Positions 38,313-47,107 of a DNA stretch of 64,000 bases are shown here, piece by piece. Under the pieces are notes generated by a model. It saw only the letters and a list, made by a program, of their open reading frames with translations. It was not told the origin of the DNA and did no database searches. This DNA comes from Candidatus Omnitrophota bacterium (GTDB lineage: Bacteria; Omnitrophota; Omnitrophia; Omnitrophales; Aquincolibacteriaceae): the NCBI GenBank assembly GCA_035368605.1, contig DAOSLF010000009.1, forward strand, positions 7,079-71,078. Reading direction: 5' to 3'. How positions within the stretch are numbered: the stretch's first letter is position 1; the number at the start of each line of letters is the position of its first letter. The translations under genes and the position numbers were made by a program.

Positions 38313-39341
38313 TCACGCGGCCGTGACGGGCTCGCTTTTGACCGTATAACCAGCCCGCTTCAGGATCTTGAGGTCTTCGGCAACGGGATTCCCCCGTGTC
38401 GTCAAATAACCGCCCACGACGAGCCCGTTCGCCCCGCCCTTCAGGGCTTTTGCCTGATAAAAGGCCCCGAGGTTGAGCTCTTTGCCGCCCGCAAGCTTGA
38501 TGTTGGCGCGCGGATGGATGAAACGGTAGATCGCGATCATTTTCAGAGCGTCAACTGGATCGATCGGCGATTGCTTTTCGAGCGGTGTGCCGGGCCGGGG
38601 GTTCAGGATATTGACGGGAAGGCAGTGCGGTTCGTATTTTTTCAGCTCGAACGCGAGCCGGAGCCGGTCTTCCGTGCTTTCCCCAAGTCCGAAGATCCCT
38701 CCCGAACAGATCTCGACATCGTTCGTTTTGAGGAAGTCCAGGGTTTCCATGCGTTCGTCATAGGTATGTGTCGAAACGATCTTTGGGTAGAACTCGCGCG
38801 AGCATTGAAGATTATGATTGAAGCGCCGCATGCCGACCTTGCGAAGTTCCGCAATCTGCCCGGTCGTCAGGTTCCCGAGGGACCCGTCCAGGCAAAGATC
38901 CGTCTCCTCCGAAAGTATCCGGAACGTTTCCCGGACCTGTTCGAACTCCCGGTCGTTCAGAGTCTCCCCGCTCGTCACGATGCAAAAACTTTTGATACCG
39001 GCGGCTTCGCACTGTTGGGCGGCCTCGAGGATCTTTTCGGGGCTCATCAAGGGGTAGCGGCTCACGCCGGTCTCGTAGCGGGCGGATTGCGAGCAGAATT
39101 TGCAGTCTTCTCCGCAAAGATAGCTCTTGGCGTTCACGAGCGCGCATAGATCAGGCTTCGAAGATCGGAAATGAAGGGTCAGTTCATGGGCGGAAGCGAG
39201 AATCAGATCAATCTCCTCGGGAGAGGAGACCCTCGCGAGGCGAAGGGCTTCGTCGAACGTAACCTCGCCGCCGGCAAGGACCTTTTCTTTCATCTCCCGG
39301 ACGAAAGGAACGATTGACGGATCGATGGGATCGCGAAACAT
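38313..39341 (-). CDS. bioB: biotin synthase (radical SAM)
   Basis: CGEDCKFCSQS radical-SAM cluster motif and BioB C-terminal domain. Confidence 0.9.
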   Translation of the reverse strand: MFRDPIDPSIVPFVREMKEKVLAGGEVTFDEALRLARVSSPEEIDLILASAHELTLHFRSSKPDLCALVNAKSYLCGEDCKFCSQSARYETGVSRYPLMSPEKILEAAQQCEAAGIKSFCIVTSGETLNDREFEQVRETFRILSEETDLCLDGSLGNLTTGQIAELRKVGMRRFNHNLQCSREFYPKIVSTHTYDERMETLDFLKTNDVEICSGGIFGLGESTEDRLRLAFELKKYEPHCLPVNILNPRPGTPLEKQSPIDPVDALKMIAIYRFIHPRANIKLAGGKELNLGAFYQAKALKGGANGLVVGGYLTTRGNPVAEDLKILKRAGYTVKSEPVTAA

Positions 39342-39358
39342 CGGGAGCGCGCCGTTCT

Positions 39359-40576
39359 TCAGGCCTGCGCGAAAACTTCACGCGCCACGATACCGACGAC
39401 TCCGAGCGCTACGGCATTCTCGCCGAACGCGGACGGGATCACTTTGACCTGTGTGGCCGCTTCCTCGACCGCCCATTCCTTGACCGTGCTCTTGACAGCG
39501 TCGAGGAGGGCCGCGCCGCAGTCTTCAATGCCGCCGCCGATCACGACAACTTCGGGGTTGAGAAGATTCACGATGAACGCGATCTTCCTTCCGAGATCCT
39601 GTCCCGCCTGCTCAGCGACCTTGATCGCCAGCGCGTCCTTTTCCTTCACCGCGCGAACAATGTCCTTAAAACTGATCTTGTCGAGGTCGCCTTTAACGTA
39701 ATCCTTGATCAGGGAGGGCTCGCCCTTATCGAGACGCTCGCGCGCGTGACGGACCATACCGATGTCCATCTCCCAGCGTCCGAGTTGTGTCGCGATCTTT
39801 TGAGTGAAGTCCCTGGTCGCGCGCATGCTCGTGATCCCAAGCTCTCCCGCCGCGCCCGTCGCGCCGCGGTAGATCTCTTCATTGATCAAAATGCCGCAAC
39901 CAACGCCTGAGAACATATAAACCATATGCCGGACATCGCGGTCGAGCCCGAGCCACTTTTCGCCGAGCACGGCCGCATTCGCGTCATTCTCGACGAACGC
40001 GGGAATGCCGAGCTTCTTTTCGAAGGTGTCCTTGATGGAGGTGCAAATCGAGATGTCCTTGTCGCCGAGGCTTTGCGGCCAGCGGATCGTGCGACCGCGC
40101 TCATCAATGATGCCGGGGACACCCACCCCGACCCCGACAATCCTGGATTTATCGATCTCCGCTTTTTGGATAATCTCCGCGGCCAGGTCCACCATCTGCT
40201 GGATGACCTGTTCCGAGTTATCCGGCAACCTCTCCCTTTTAAGCTCCGTCACCACGTTGATCTCGAGATCAACGAGCACGCCGACCATGCTCATCATATT
40301 GAGACCGACGCCGACGATATAACCGGCCTTGGGATTGAGCTCGACCAGGACGGGTTTACGCCCGCCCGTCGACTCATCCAGATCGCCCTCCACCACGAGC
40401 CCCTTCTTGATGTAATGGTTCACGTAGTTGGAGACCGTGACGATGTTTAATTCTGTGAGCTTGGAAATATCGGTCCGGGAGATCGGTCCGTTCTTGCGCA
40501 CCACCTCGAGAATCGCGAGATTTTTTCGTTCCTTGTCCGTCAGAACCCGGTCTTTGAGCATTTGCCTGATTATCAT
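39359..40576 (-). CDS. ROK family transcriptional regulator (NagC/XylR-like)
   Basis: N-terminal wHTH (ILEVVRKNGPISRTDISKLTELNIVTVSNYV) fused to a ROK sugar-kinase-like domain (VGVGVGVPGIID, ENDANAAVLGE). Confidence 0.8.
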   Translation of the reverse strand: MIIRQMLKDRVLTDKERKNLAILEVVRKNGPISRTDISKLTELNIVTVSNYVNHYIKKGLVVEGDLDESTGGRKPVLVELNPKAGYIVGVGLNMMSMVGVLVDLEINVVTELKRERLPDNSEQVIQQMVDLAAEIIQKAEIDKSRIVGVGVGVPGIIDERGRTIRWPQSLGDKDISICTSIKDTFEKKLGIPAFVENDANAAVLGEKWLGLDRDVRHMVYMFSGVGCGILINEEIYRGATGAAGELGITSMRATRDFTQKIATQLGRWEMDIGMVRHARERLDKGEPSLIKDYVKGDLDKISFKDIVRAVKEKDALAIKVAEQAGQDLGRKIAFIVNLLNPEVVVIGGGIEDCGAALLDAVKSTVKEWAVEEAATQVKVIPSAFGENAVALGVVGIVAREVFAQA

Positions 40577-40667
40577 GTTTGGCGGCCTCCGTTTTGAAAA
40601 ACGACTCTCTTCGTAACATCAGTCTTTATTGCTATATAAGTCCGACATCGCACACTCATTTTAACTC

Positions 40668-40696
40668 CAAACAATGCTTTTTCAAATCATTGTTTG
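40668..40696. promoter_or_regulatory. perfect 9-bp inverted repeat CAAACAATG-N11-CATTGTTTG
   Basis: Located in the 140-bp region between the ROK regulator start (40576) and the stop of the 696-aa gene (40717). It could be an operator for the ROK regulator or a transcript-end hairpin. Confidence 0.25.
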
Positions 40697-40716
40697 AGCG
40701 GCATTTGTCGCGGGGC

Positions 40717-42807
40717 TTAAAAGAACTTTTCCCCTTCCAGGACCTTTTTGGCCTTTTGGGCGATGGGATCCTTCATAAAATAGTTCTGGATAGCCCCTTT
40801 CCTGAGATGGTTCGCGATCGCGAGAAGGCTCATCCCCTGATCCAGCGCCAGATATTGATACGTGACCTGCCCGTTCCGGAGATTAATGCTGTCATAAAAA
40901 CCGTATTCGCCGTAAACATCATATTCCTGGAGCATTTTTCTGAGGTTTTTCACGGCATCCGACGGAAGGGTTTCCAGCGCGAGAAAACTGACGTAAGGGG
41001 CGATAACGCTTTTGTCCGGATAGCCCTTCGCTCCCAGCTTCCGGATACCGTATTCCCCATAAATCCACTTCCGGCCGCTTGCAAGGGCTGCCGGCGAAAT
41101 CCCCCAGACCGGATACCCTTTTTCTTCAAGGGCATAATCCCGGTGGATCTCGGTAGCGATCCTGTTGTTTGGCTTGAAGCTTTGAGGCGCAAGCCTGCCC
41201 TCCGGAATAACGAGCGTGGGCATAAGAAATTCAAAAAGAGACCCGCCCCAGCTCGGAACAATCTTTTTGGAATCCACAACGTAATGGCCCTGGAAATACC
41301 CAACGCCTTCCCGCGCCTCCCAGGTTCCCACGGGTTTTTGTGTCTGCCAAACCCAGGCTTCCGGCGCCGTTCGGAACAGATACCACCAATGATCTTCGGG
41401 AAGGTCCCCCTTTCCGATCCCGATAAAACTCATGGTTCGCGCCTCGGTCACGAGCATCCCATAATGATATGGGGTCAGCCCCTTGCGCTTCATGTCATAG
41501 CCAATCGCTATGTGACTTGTGTCAGGGTCCAGGAACTCCCCGAAATTCATCTCATCCAGAATCTTTCCGGATTCCCGGGCGACATGCCCCGGGAACGCCT
41601 GACGCGCCACGATCATCGCCGCCGCAAGCCACGCGTTATCAACGCTGGAAACGAACTCTCGCGACACGGAAAGCTTGTTCGTTTCATAGAAATTGTAGAA
41701 AAACCCATTCCACCGCTTGAGTTTTTGGAGGACATCCAGGATTTCCCCGACGCGTTTTTCCGCTTCGGGTTTTTTGATGTACCCGAGCTCAAGCGCGGCA
41801 ACCGTTCCCATAAGGTCCATGGCTATGTTTGTTGGCGACGTGTAAACGCCCGCCATCGGGGAATCCCCCACTTTCACGTGATCGAGAACCAGGTTGCTGT
41901 TCTTGTCGGCCGCTTCATTGAAAAAACGCCAAGTGCTCCGGCCGATCAAGTCGAGAAATTTGTCGTCGTTCCTGGTTGCCAACAATTGCTTCTTTCCTTC
42001 ATAGTCCTTCACAACCCTGGGAAAACCCTTGAGGTTGTCGAGTACGCTCTCGAATCCCACTTCGTTGTTTCCGAAGAAGGCGATCTCGTCGAGCCAAAGT
42101 GACGCGCGGGATCTTTTTCCGCGCCCGATCGCGGTGAATGCGATCCGGGACAGCTGGTCGAAATCGAGCCCCTTGAAGAATTCCACGGGGAGCACCGCGT
42201 CTTTCCATTGCCCCGCGTCCACGCAAGCGTCCGTGATATCGCGGGTCACCGACCGGCCGGTCCAGTCGGTGAGGCTGACCCGGATCCGTCCTTCAAACTT
42301 TGTTTTTGCTTTGGGTTCAAGGCGGCACTTGATGGCCAAAAAACGCGCCTGGCTCATATCGAGTCTTTCGAGCGAGGTATAAAGCGTGAACTGCTGCCGG
42401 TCCTTCATATCAAAATCCATCTTGAGGGAGTGCCCCGGCCGAAGGCCGCGCGCGTCCTCTTTTGCGAGCTCCATGGTGACTTCGCCGGCCTTGGCGTTCT
42501 CGAGCCGCCAATAGCTGTTGAGACGGCTCTTCCATTCCTTGCCGTTGAAATCGTCGACCACGCAGAATCGGGGAGATGTGAGAAGGGACTTGTTCGGAGG
42601 AAGGGATTGATAAATCTGGGGGGCATCAAACTGGACCACATCGTCGATCCCGCCCCGAGCGTCATTGGCCCTAGCCGCAAGCGGGTCCGCCGGTTTCTTG
42701 GCTTCGGCCGCGATCGCTGTCCCGGCACAGGAGAGACACACCAGAGCAAAAAAAACGTTCCTCAGGACCATCGCAGCTCCTGAAGAACGCTTTCTTCGCG
42801 ATCTCAT
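40717..42807 (-). CDS. secreted hypothetical protein, possibly glycoside-hydrolase-like
   Basis: Signal peptide (AGTAIAAEA), 696 aa. Located downstream of a GH94 phosphorylase and an SBP. Functional call by context only. Confidence 0.4.
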   Translation of the reverse strand: MRSRRKRSSGAAMVLRNVFFALVCLSCAGTAIAAEAKKPADPLAARANDARGGIDDVVQFDAPQIYQSLPPNKSLLTSPRFCVVDDFNGKEWKSRLNSYWRLENAKAGEVTMELAKEDARGLRPGHSLKMDFDMKDRQQFTLYTSLERLDMSQARFLAIKCRLEPKAKTKFEGRIRVSLTDWTGRSVTRDITDACVDAGQWKDAVLPVEFFKGLDFDQLSRIAFTAIGRGKRSRASLWLDEIAFFGNNEVGFESVLDNLKGFPRVVKDYEGKKQLLATRNDDKFLDLIGRSTWRFFNEAADKNSNLVLDHVKVGDSPMAGVYTSPTNIAMDLMGTVAALELGYIKKPEAEKRVGEILDVLQKLKRWNGFFYNFYETNKLSVSREFVSSVDNAWLAAAMIVARQAFPGHVARESGKILDEMNFGEFLDPDTSHIAIGYDMKRKGLTPYHYGMLVTEARTMSFIGIGKGDLPEDHWWYLFRTAPEAWVWQTQKPVGTWEAREGVGYFQGHYVVDSKKIVPSWGGSLFEFLMPTLVIPEGRLAPQSFKPNNRIATEIHRDYALEEKGYPVWGISPAALASGRKWIYGEYGIRKLGAKGYPDKSVIAPYVSFLALETLPSDAVKNLRKMLQEYDVYGEYGFYDSINLRNGQVTYQYLALDQGMSLLAIANHLRKGAIQNYFMKDPIAQKAKKVLEGEKFF

Positions 42808-42819
42808 GAATGCGCTCCG

Positions 42820-45276
42820 CTAGCCGAGCGTGACTTCCACCCGGTGGCTTTGTCCGTCCCGGAAATCAGGGATCAGCGTGCCAGGTTGTTTCTTGCCGTC
42901 GACGATCAGCTCCTTAACGCCCTGGCCTTTTCCGCCATTCTTGACCTCAATCATGTAGGTCGTCCCGCGGAAGAGGCGTTTCATCCTGTAGCCCGGCCAT
43001 CGCTTCGGGATCACAGGATCGACGATCAGACCTTTGGCCGTCGGACGAATGCCGAGCAACCAGTTCAGCGCGACCACGGCATACCAGGCGCCGGAACCGG
43101 TGTACCAGGTCCAGCCACCGCGGCCATTGTTCGGAGAATCCGGGCCATCAACGTTGCCGGGCGTCACATACGGTTCCGCGAAATAAAGGTCCGGGTCGAG
43201 CCCGCGGAGGATCGGGTTGAAACTTTTGTAGACCTGATAGGCCTTTTCGCCGTCCCGCATCATCGCTTCGGCCTGAATCGCCCAGGTGCCGGCATGCGTG
43301 TAAAGTCCGCCGTTTTCGCGGACGGAGGGCGCGTAGCGCGTAATGTAGCCGATCGTGGGGTCGGTCTTGTTGTAGCCCGGCGTTAACAGCAGCGGCCCGT
43401 ATTTCTTGTAAAGCCACTTCGCGGCCGAGTTCATCGCGACCCGGGACCGCTCTTTGTCCGACACGCCCGTGATCACGGCCCACGTCTGGCAGTTCAGGAA
43501 TATCTTTCCTGTTTCGCAGGAGCGACTGCCAAGCGGGCGTCCGTCATCGCGCGTTGCGCCGAGGTACCACTCGCCGTCCCAGCCGTCCTTGTTGAGCGCT
43601 TCTTTCAGCGCCTCGGCGCGGTGAAGGTATTTTTTGGCTTTCGTCTTGTCGCCGCGCTCCTTCATGATCGGAGCGATCCGGTTCAGGATGCCATAAAGGA
43701 AATGCCCGAGCCAGATCGACTCGCCTTTCCACTTGATACCGACGTGGCTCAACCCGTCGTTCCAGTCGCACTCGCCGATCAGCGGGAGCCCGCGCGGCGA
43801 AAAACGCGTCAGCGCCTTATCGATCGCGCGAAGCAGATGATCGTAAAGGGAGCCCGATGTGACCCTCTTCGCCGGGTCCTTGGGATCCGGGAGAAAATTC
43901 ACGTCGATATCGAGGATCGCGCGGTCGTCGGTCTCGTCAAGATAGTTCAGCGTGATAAAATCGAGCCACAACAGATCGTCCGAACACTGCGTGATCGCCC
44001 CGATGTTGGTCCCGTGGTGCCACCAGTGATATACCGTTCCGTCCGGGAACTGCTGTTCGGCGTGCAGGAGAATCTGTTTTTTCGCCAGCTCGGGACGTGT
44101 TGCGAAGAAAATCTGGCAGTCCTGGAGCTGGTCGCGGAAGCCGTATCCGCCGCTCGATTGATAGTAGGCGCATTTTCCCCAGAGCCTCGCCGAGATCGCT
44201 TGGTACTTGAGCCATGTGTTCGTCATGAAGTTCATCGCCTCGTCCGGCGTTTCCACTTCGGTCGCGTGAACGAAGGAGTCCCAAAGCGCCCGGACCCTGG
44301 CGAGTTCCCGGTCCGCGTTCTTCGGGTCCTGATATTTCTTGATGATGCGCACGGCTTCATCGCGGGTCTTGGTCGAGCCGAGCGTGAAGATCACCGTTTG
44401 GGACTGCTTCGGAGCCAGATCGACATCGACCTGAAGACTCGCGGATGCATCTCCCCACTTTCCCTCGGAGTTGCGGCATTTGCCTTCCACGACCGCGGAG
44501 GGGGCGCTTTGTTCGCCGTATCGGCCGAGAAATGATTCTTTGTCGCCGTCAAAGGCAACGGGCTTCGGGAACGAACTGTGAAATCCCTGCAGCGGTTTTT
44601 CGGTCATGCCCGTCGAGATGAAACCGGGAACGAGCGGCGCGCGCTTCAGGCCGTGCAGGCATCCGTTCTTCCGGTCGCTCCAGACTTCGATAAAGGTTTT
44701 GTGGAACTCGCGATGGGTGTCCCCGGCATTGCCAAGACACCAGTCAAAATAAGTAAAAAGGCTGAGGCGGCGTTTTTGGGCCGTCTCGTTCGTCAGAACA
44801 ACCTTCCAAACCTCGACCGGATCCTCGACATCGACAAAGATTGTCTTCTCGAAACGGATTCCGTTCAGCCCGGTCGTTGTCACGGTATATCCCTGCCCGT
44901 GACGGACTTCGAAAAAGTCGTATTTCGGCATGCAGGGTTTCCATGTTCCCGACCAGTATTTACCGCTGTCCTTGTCGCGGAGATAGATGTACTTTCCCCA
45001 GTTGTCACGGATGAGATCCTGGTCCCAGCGCGTGATGCGCGAAAGGTTCGAGTTGTCGCGCCAGGAAAAACCGGAGCCGGTCTGTGTTTCGATCGTCCCG
45101 TAATCGCCGTTGGAGATTACGTTGACCCATGGTCGCGGCGTGTCGGGCCGCGTGATTACGTACTCCCGGCCGTCCGGCGTAAAGTAACCGTATTTCGAAG
45201 CGAATTTCTTGCCGGTCGTCGCGGAAGTTTTCGCTTTCATTTTCGTTTTGATTTTTTTTGTGCCGGTCTTGCTCAT
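42820..45276 (-). CDS. GH94 glycoside phosphorylase (cellobiose/cellodextrin phosphorylase-like)
   Basis: N-terminal YGYFTPDGREYVITRPDTPRPWVNVISN and catalytic region YQSSGGYGFRDQLQDCQI are GH94 hallmarks. About 800 aa. Confidence 0.85.
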   Translation of the reverse strand: MSKTGTKKIKTKMKAKTSATTGKKFASKYGYFTPDGREYVITRPDTPRPWVNVISNGDYGTIETQTGSGFSWRDNSNLSRITRWDQDLIRDNWGKYIYLRDKDSGKYWSGTWKPCMPKYDFFEVRHGQGYTVTTTGLNGIRFEKTIFVDVEDPVEVWKVVLTNETAQKRRLSLFTYFDWCLGNAGDTHREFHKTFIEVWSDRKNGCLHGLKRAPLVPGFISTGMTEKPLQGFHSSFPKPVAFDGDKESFLGRYGEQSAPSAVVEGKCRNSEGKWGDASASLQVDVDLAPKQSQTVIFTLGSTKTRDEAVRIIKKYQDPKNADRELARVRALWDSFVHATEVETPDEAMNFMTNTWLKYQAISARLWGKCAYYQSSGGYGFRDQLQDCQIFFATRPELAKKQILLHAEQQFPDGTVYHWWHHGTNIGAITQCSDDLLWLDFITLNYLDETDDRAILDIDVNFLPDPKDPAKRVTSGSLYDHLLRAIDKALTRFSPRGLPLIGECDWNDGLSHVGIKWKGESIWLGHFLYGILNRIAPIMKERGDKTKAKKYLHRAEALKEALNKDGWDGEWYLGATRDDGRPLGSRSCETGKIFLNCQTWAVITGVSDKERSRVAMNSAAKWLYKKYGPLLLTPGYNKTDPTIGYITRYAPSVRENGGLYTHAGTWAIQAEAMMRDGEKAYQVYKSFNPILRGLDPDLYFAEPYVTPGNVDGPDSPNNGRGGWTWYTGSGAWYAVVALNWLLGIRPTAKGLIVDPVIPKRWPGYRMKRLFRGTTYMIEVKNGGKGQGVKELIVDGKKQPGTLIPDFRDGQSHRVEVTLG

Positions 45277-45317
45277 GGTGGGACGATCGCTCCTTTGGGA
45301 TTTCGGAAGAAAACGTC

Positions 45318-46607
45318 TTATCTTTTCAGCGTCGCATTGATCTCCGCGGCCACTTCCTTGATAACTTCTTCCGCGCGTTTCTTGCCGTTGAAAACAAGCT
45401 CGAGCCTGGGCTTGAGGATCTTCTCCTCAATCTCACGCCATTGCGGATGGAGGGGGCTGAAAACCACATGCCGGACCGCCTCGTTCAGCATTTTCTTGTT
45501 CGCGGGAGGTTGGGGATCGTTGGCAAAGGCATCGCCTTTGGCGACCTCGATGCGCGCGGGCTGGGAAAGTCCCCGTTTCGCAAAAAGCTCCTGCCCCTTT
45601 GGACCGGTAAGCGCCTTGATCACTTCCCACGCTTCTTTTTTATGTTTGGAGGATTTCAGAATGCAGTAGCCCGTTCCCCCCGTCCCGAACGCGCGGACGC
45701 CCGCCGCGTTCTTCGGGAACATTACGACGTCCCAGCTGATGTTGTAATTGCGAAAAAGCGGCGTCTCCCAGATTCCGGAAAGAAACATCGCGACGCGGTC
45801 GTTGGCAAACATCCGGTCCGCCCCCATACCGAAGTTCATGAACGCCATCGGAGTCGGCATGACGCCGTAAAGATTGCTCATGTCAGAGTAGAACTGTAAT
45901 CCCTCGATGGTCTTCGGATCATCGAGCATCGTCCGCGTCGGATTCTTGACGTCGTCGACCAGGGCCCCGCCGTTCCCGTAAATGAAGTTCTGCCACGCCC
46001 ATCCGTAGAAGCCATACTGCGTCACACGGCCCGATTCGTCTTTTTGGGTCAGATCGCGCGCGATCCGCAGAAGGTCATTCCAGGTCCAGTCGTCCGTCGG
46101 ATAAGGAAGCCCCGCGGCATCGAAGAGTTTCTTGTTGTAATAGACACACGCAAACGGCGCGATGTCTCTCGGCAGGGCCATCAGTTTTCCGTCGTAGGTG
46201 AAGCGGTCTATGATCTGCGGAAAAAAATCGTCCTTGCGAAAACCGGAAGGGTCCTGATCAACATACGGCGTCAGATCCTCAAGAACTCCCTTGGAGGCGA
46301 AAGTCACGAAGTAGTCCACTTCGGTCGCGATGATGTCGGGCGCGGCGCCTCCGGCGATGCGCGTCAGTATCTTGCTTGTATAGCCGGTATAGGGGGTATG
46401 CTCAAAAACAACCTTGATCTCGGGGTGTTCCTTCTGCCAGTCGGAAAGCGCCTGGGTGATGATATCGATCTCTTCCGGAGTCCCCCAGAAGCTGACCTTG
46501 ACCCCGGTTTTTCCGTCGTTCCTGGGGCCGGCTCCGCACCCGGAAAAAACAAAGCTTGTTAAAAGAACGGAATAAACGAATAAACGCATCACCCATTTTA
46601 TTTTCAT
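45318..46607 (-). CDS. ABC transporter substrate-binding lipoprotein (SBP family 1, sugar type)
   Basis: Lipoprotein signal (LTSFVFSGCGAG) and a sugar-SBP-like fold. No adjacent permease or ATPase genes. Confidence 0.75.
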   Translation of the reverse strand: MKIKWVMRLFVYSVLLTSFVFSGCGAGPRNDGKTGVKVSFWGTPEEIDIITQALSDWQKEHPEIKVVFEHTPYTGYTSKILTRIAGGAAPDIIATEVDYFVTFASKGVLEDLTPYVDQDPSGFRKDDFFPQIIDRFTYDGKLMALPRDIAPFACVYYNKKLFDAAGLPYPTDDWTWNDLLRIARDLTQKDESGRVTQYGFYGWAWQNFIYGNGGALVDDVKNPTRTMLDDPKTIEGLQFYSDMSNLYGVMPTPMAFMNFGMGADRMFANDRVAMFLSGIWETPLFRNYNISWDVVMFPKNAAGVRAFGTGGTGYCILKSSKHKKEAWEVIKALTGPKGQELFAKRGLSQPARIEVAKGDAFANDPQPPANKKMLNEAVRHVVFSPLHPQWREIEEKILKPRLELVFNGKKRAEEVIKEVAAEINATLKR

Positions 46608-47107
46608 TGTGGTGATCCCTTTGCTGAAGGGTTATCTGTTTTCGTTCGACGCCCGCTTATGTACAGGAAAGTCCCAAGAAGCGCGTGGATTATAGCACGC
46701 GACCTTTCGAAGTCAACGGCTTGCCTTTTGCTTGTCCAGTCAAAATAGAAATGTCCGGTTTTCAGGTTGTAGGTGAGTCGGCGTGTATCACATGAATCCC
46801 GAGATCCTCGGCCGCGCGCTGAAACTGGCTCTTCGCTCTCCGGCCGGCTAACTCGTCTTCGATCGTTTGCCGTTTCGGAAAATGGCAGGTCATGTGCTTA
46901 TCCAAATACAACGACGCGAGTATGCCATAACGCTCTATATATCATATCCTCTTAACGACCTCATCGCAGGCAAGGATATTTCCCTTGATAAAGATCCAGG
47001 ACCCGGGTTTTGAACGGAGCAGGACATTATCATTTCGGGATTACATTTCCAGCCTCTCGGCTTATACCTGCCGCTTGATAACCGCGCCGTGGCTGGATAG
47101 TCCCGTT

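Noticed and set aside
40579-42102. 507-aa plus-strand ORF
   Set aside because: Antisense to the ROK regulator start and to the 696-aa secreted-protein gene. No domain signal.
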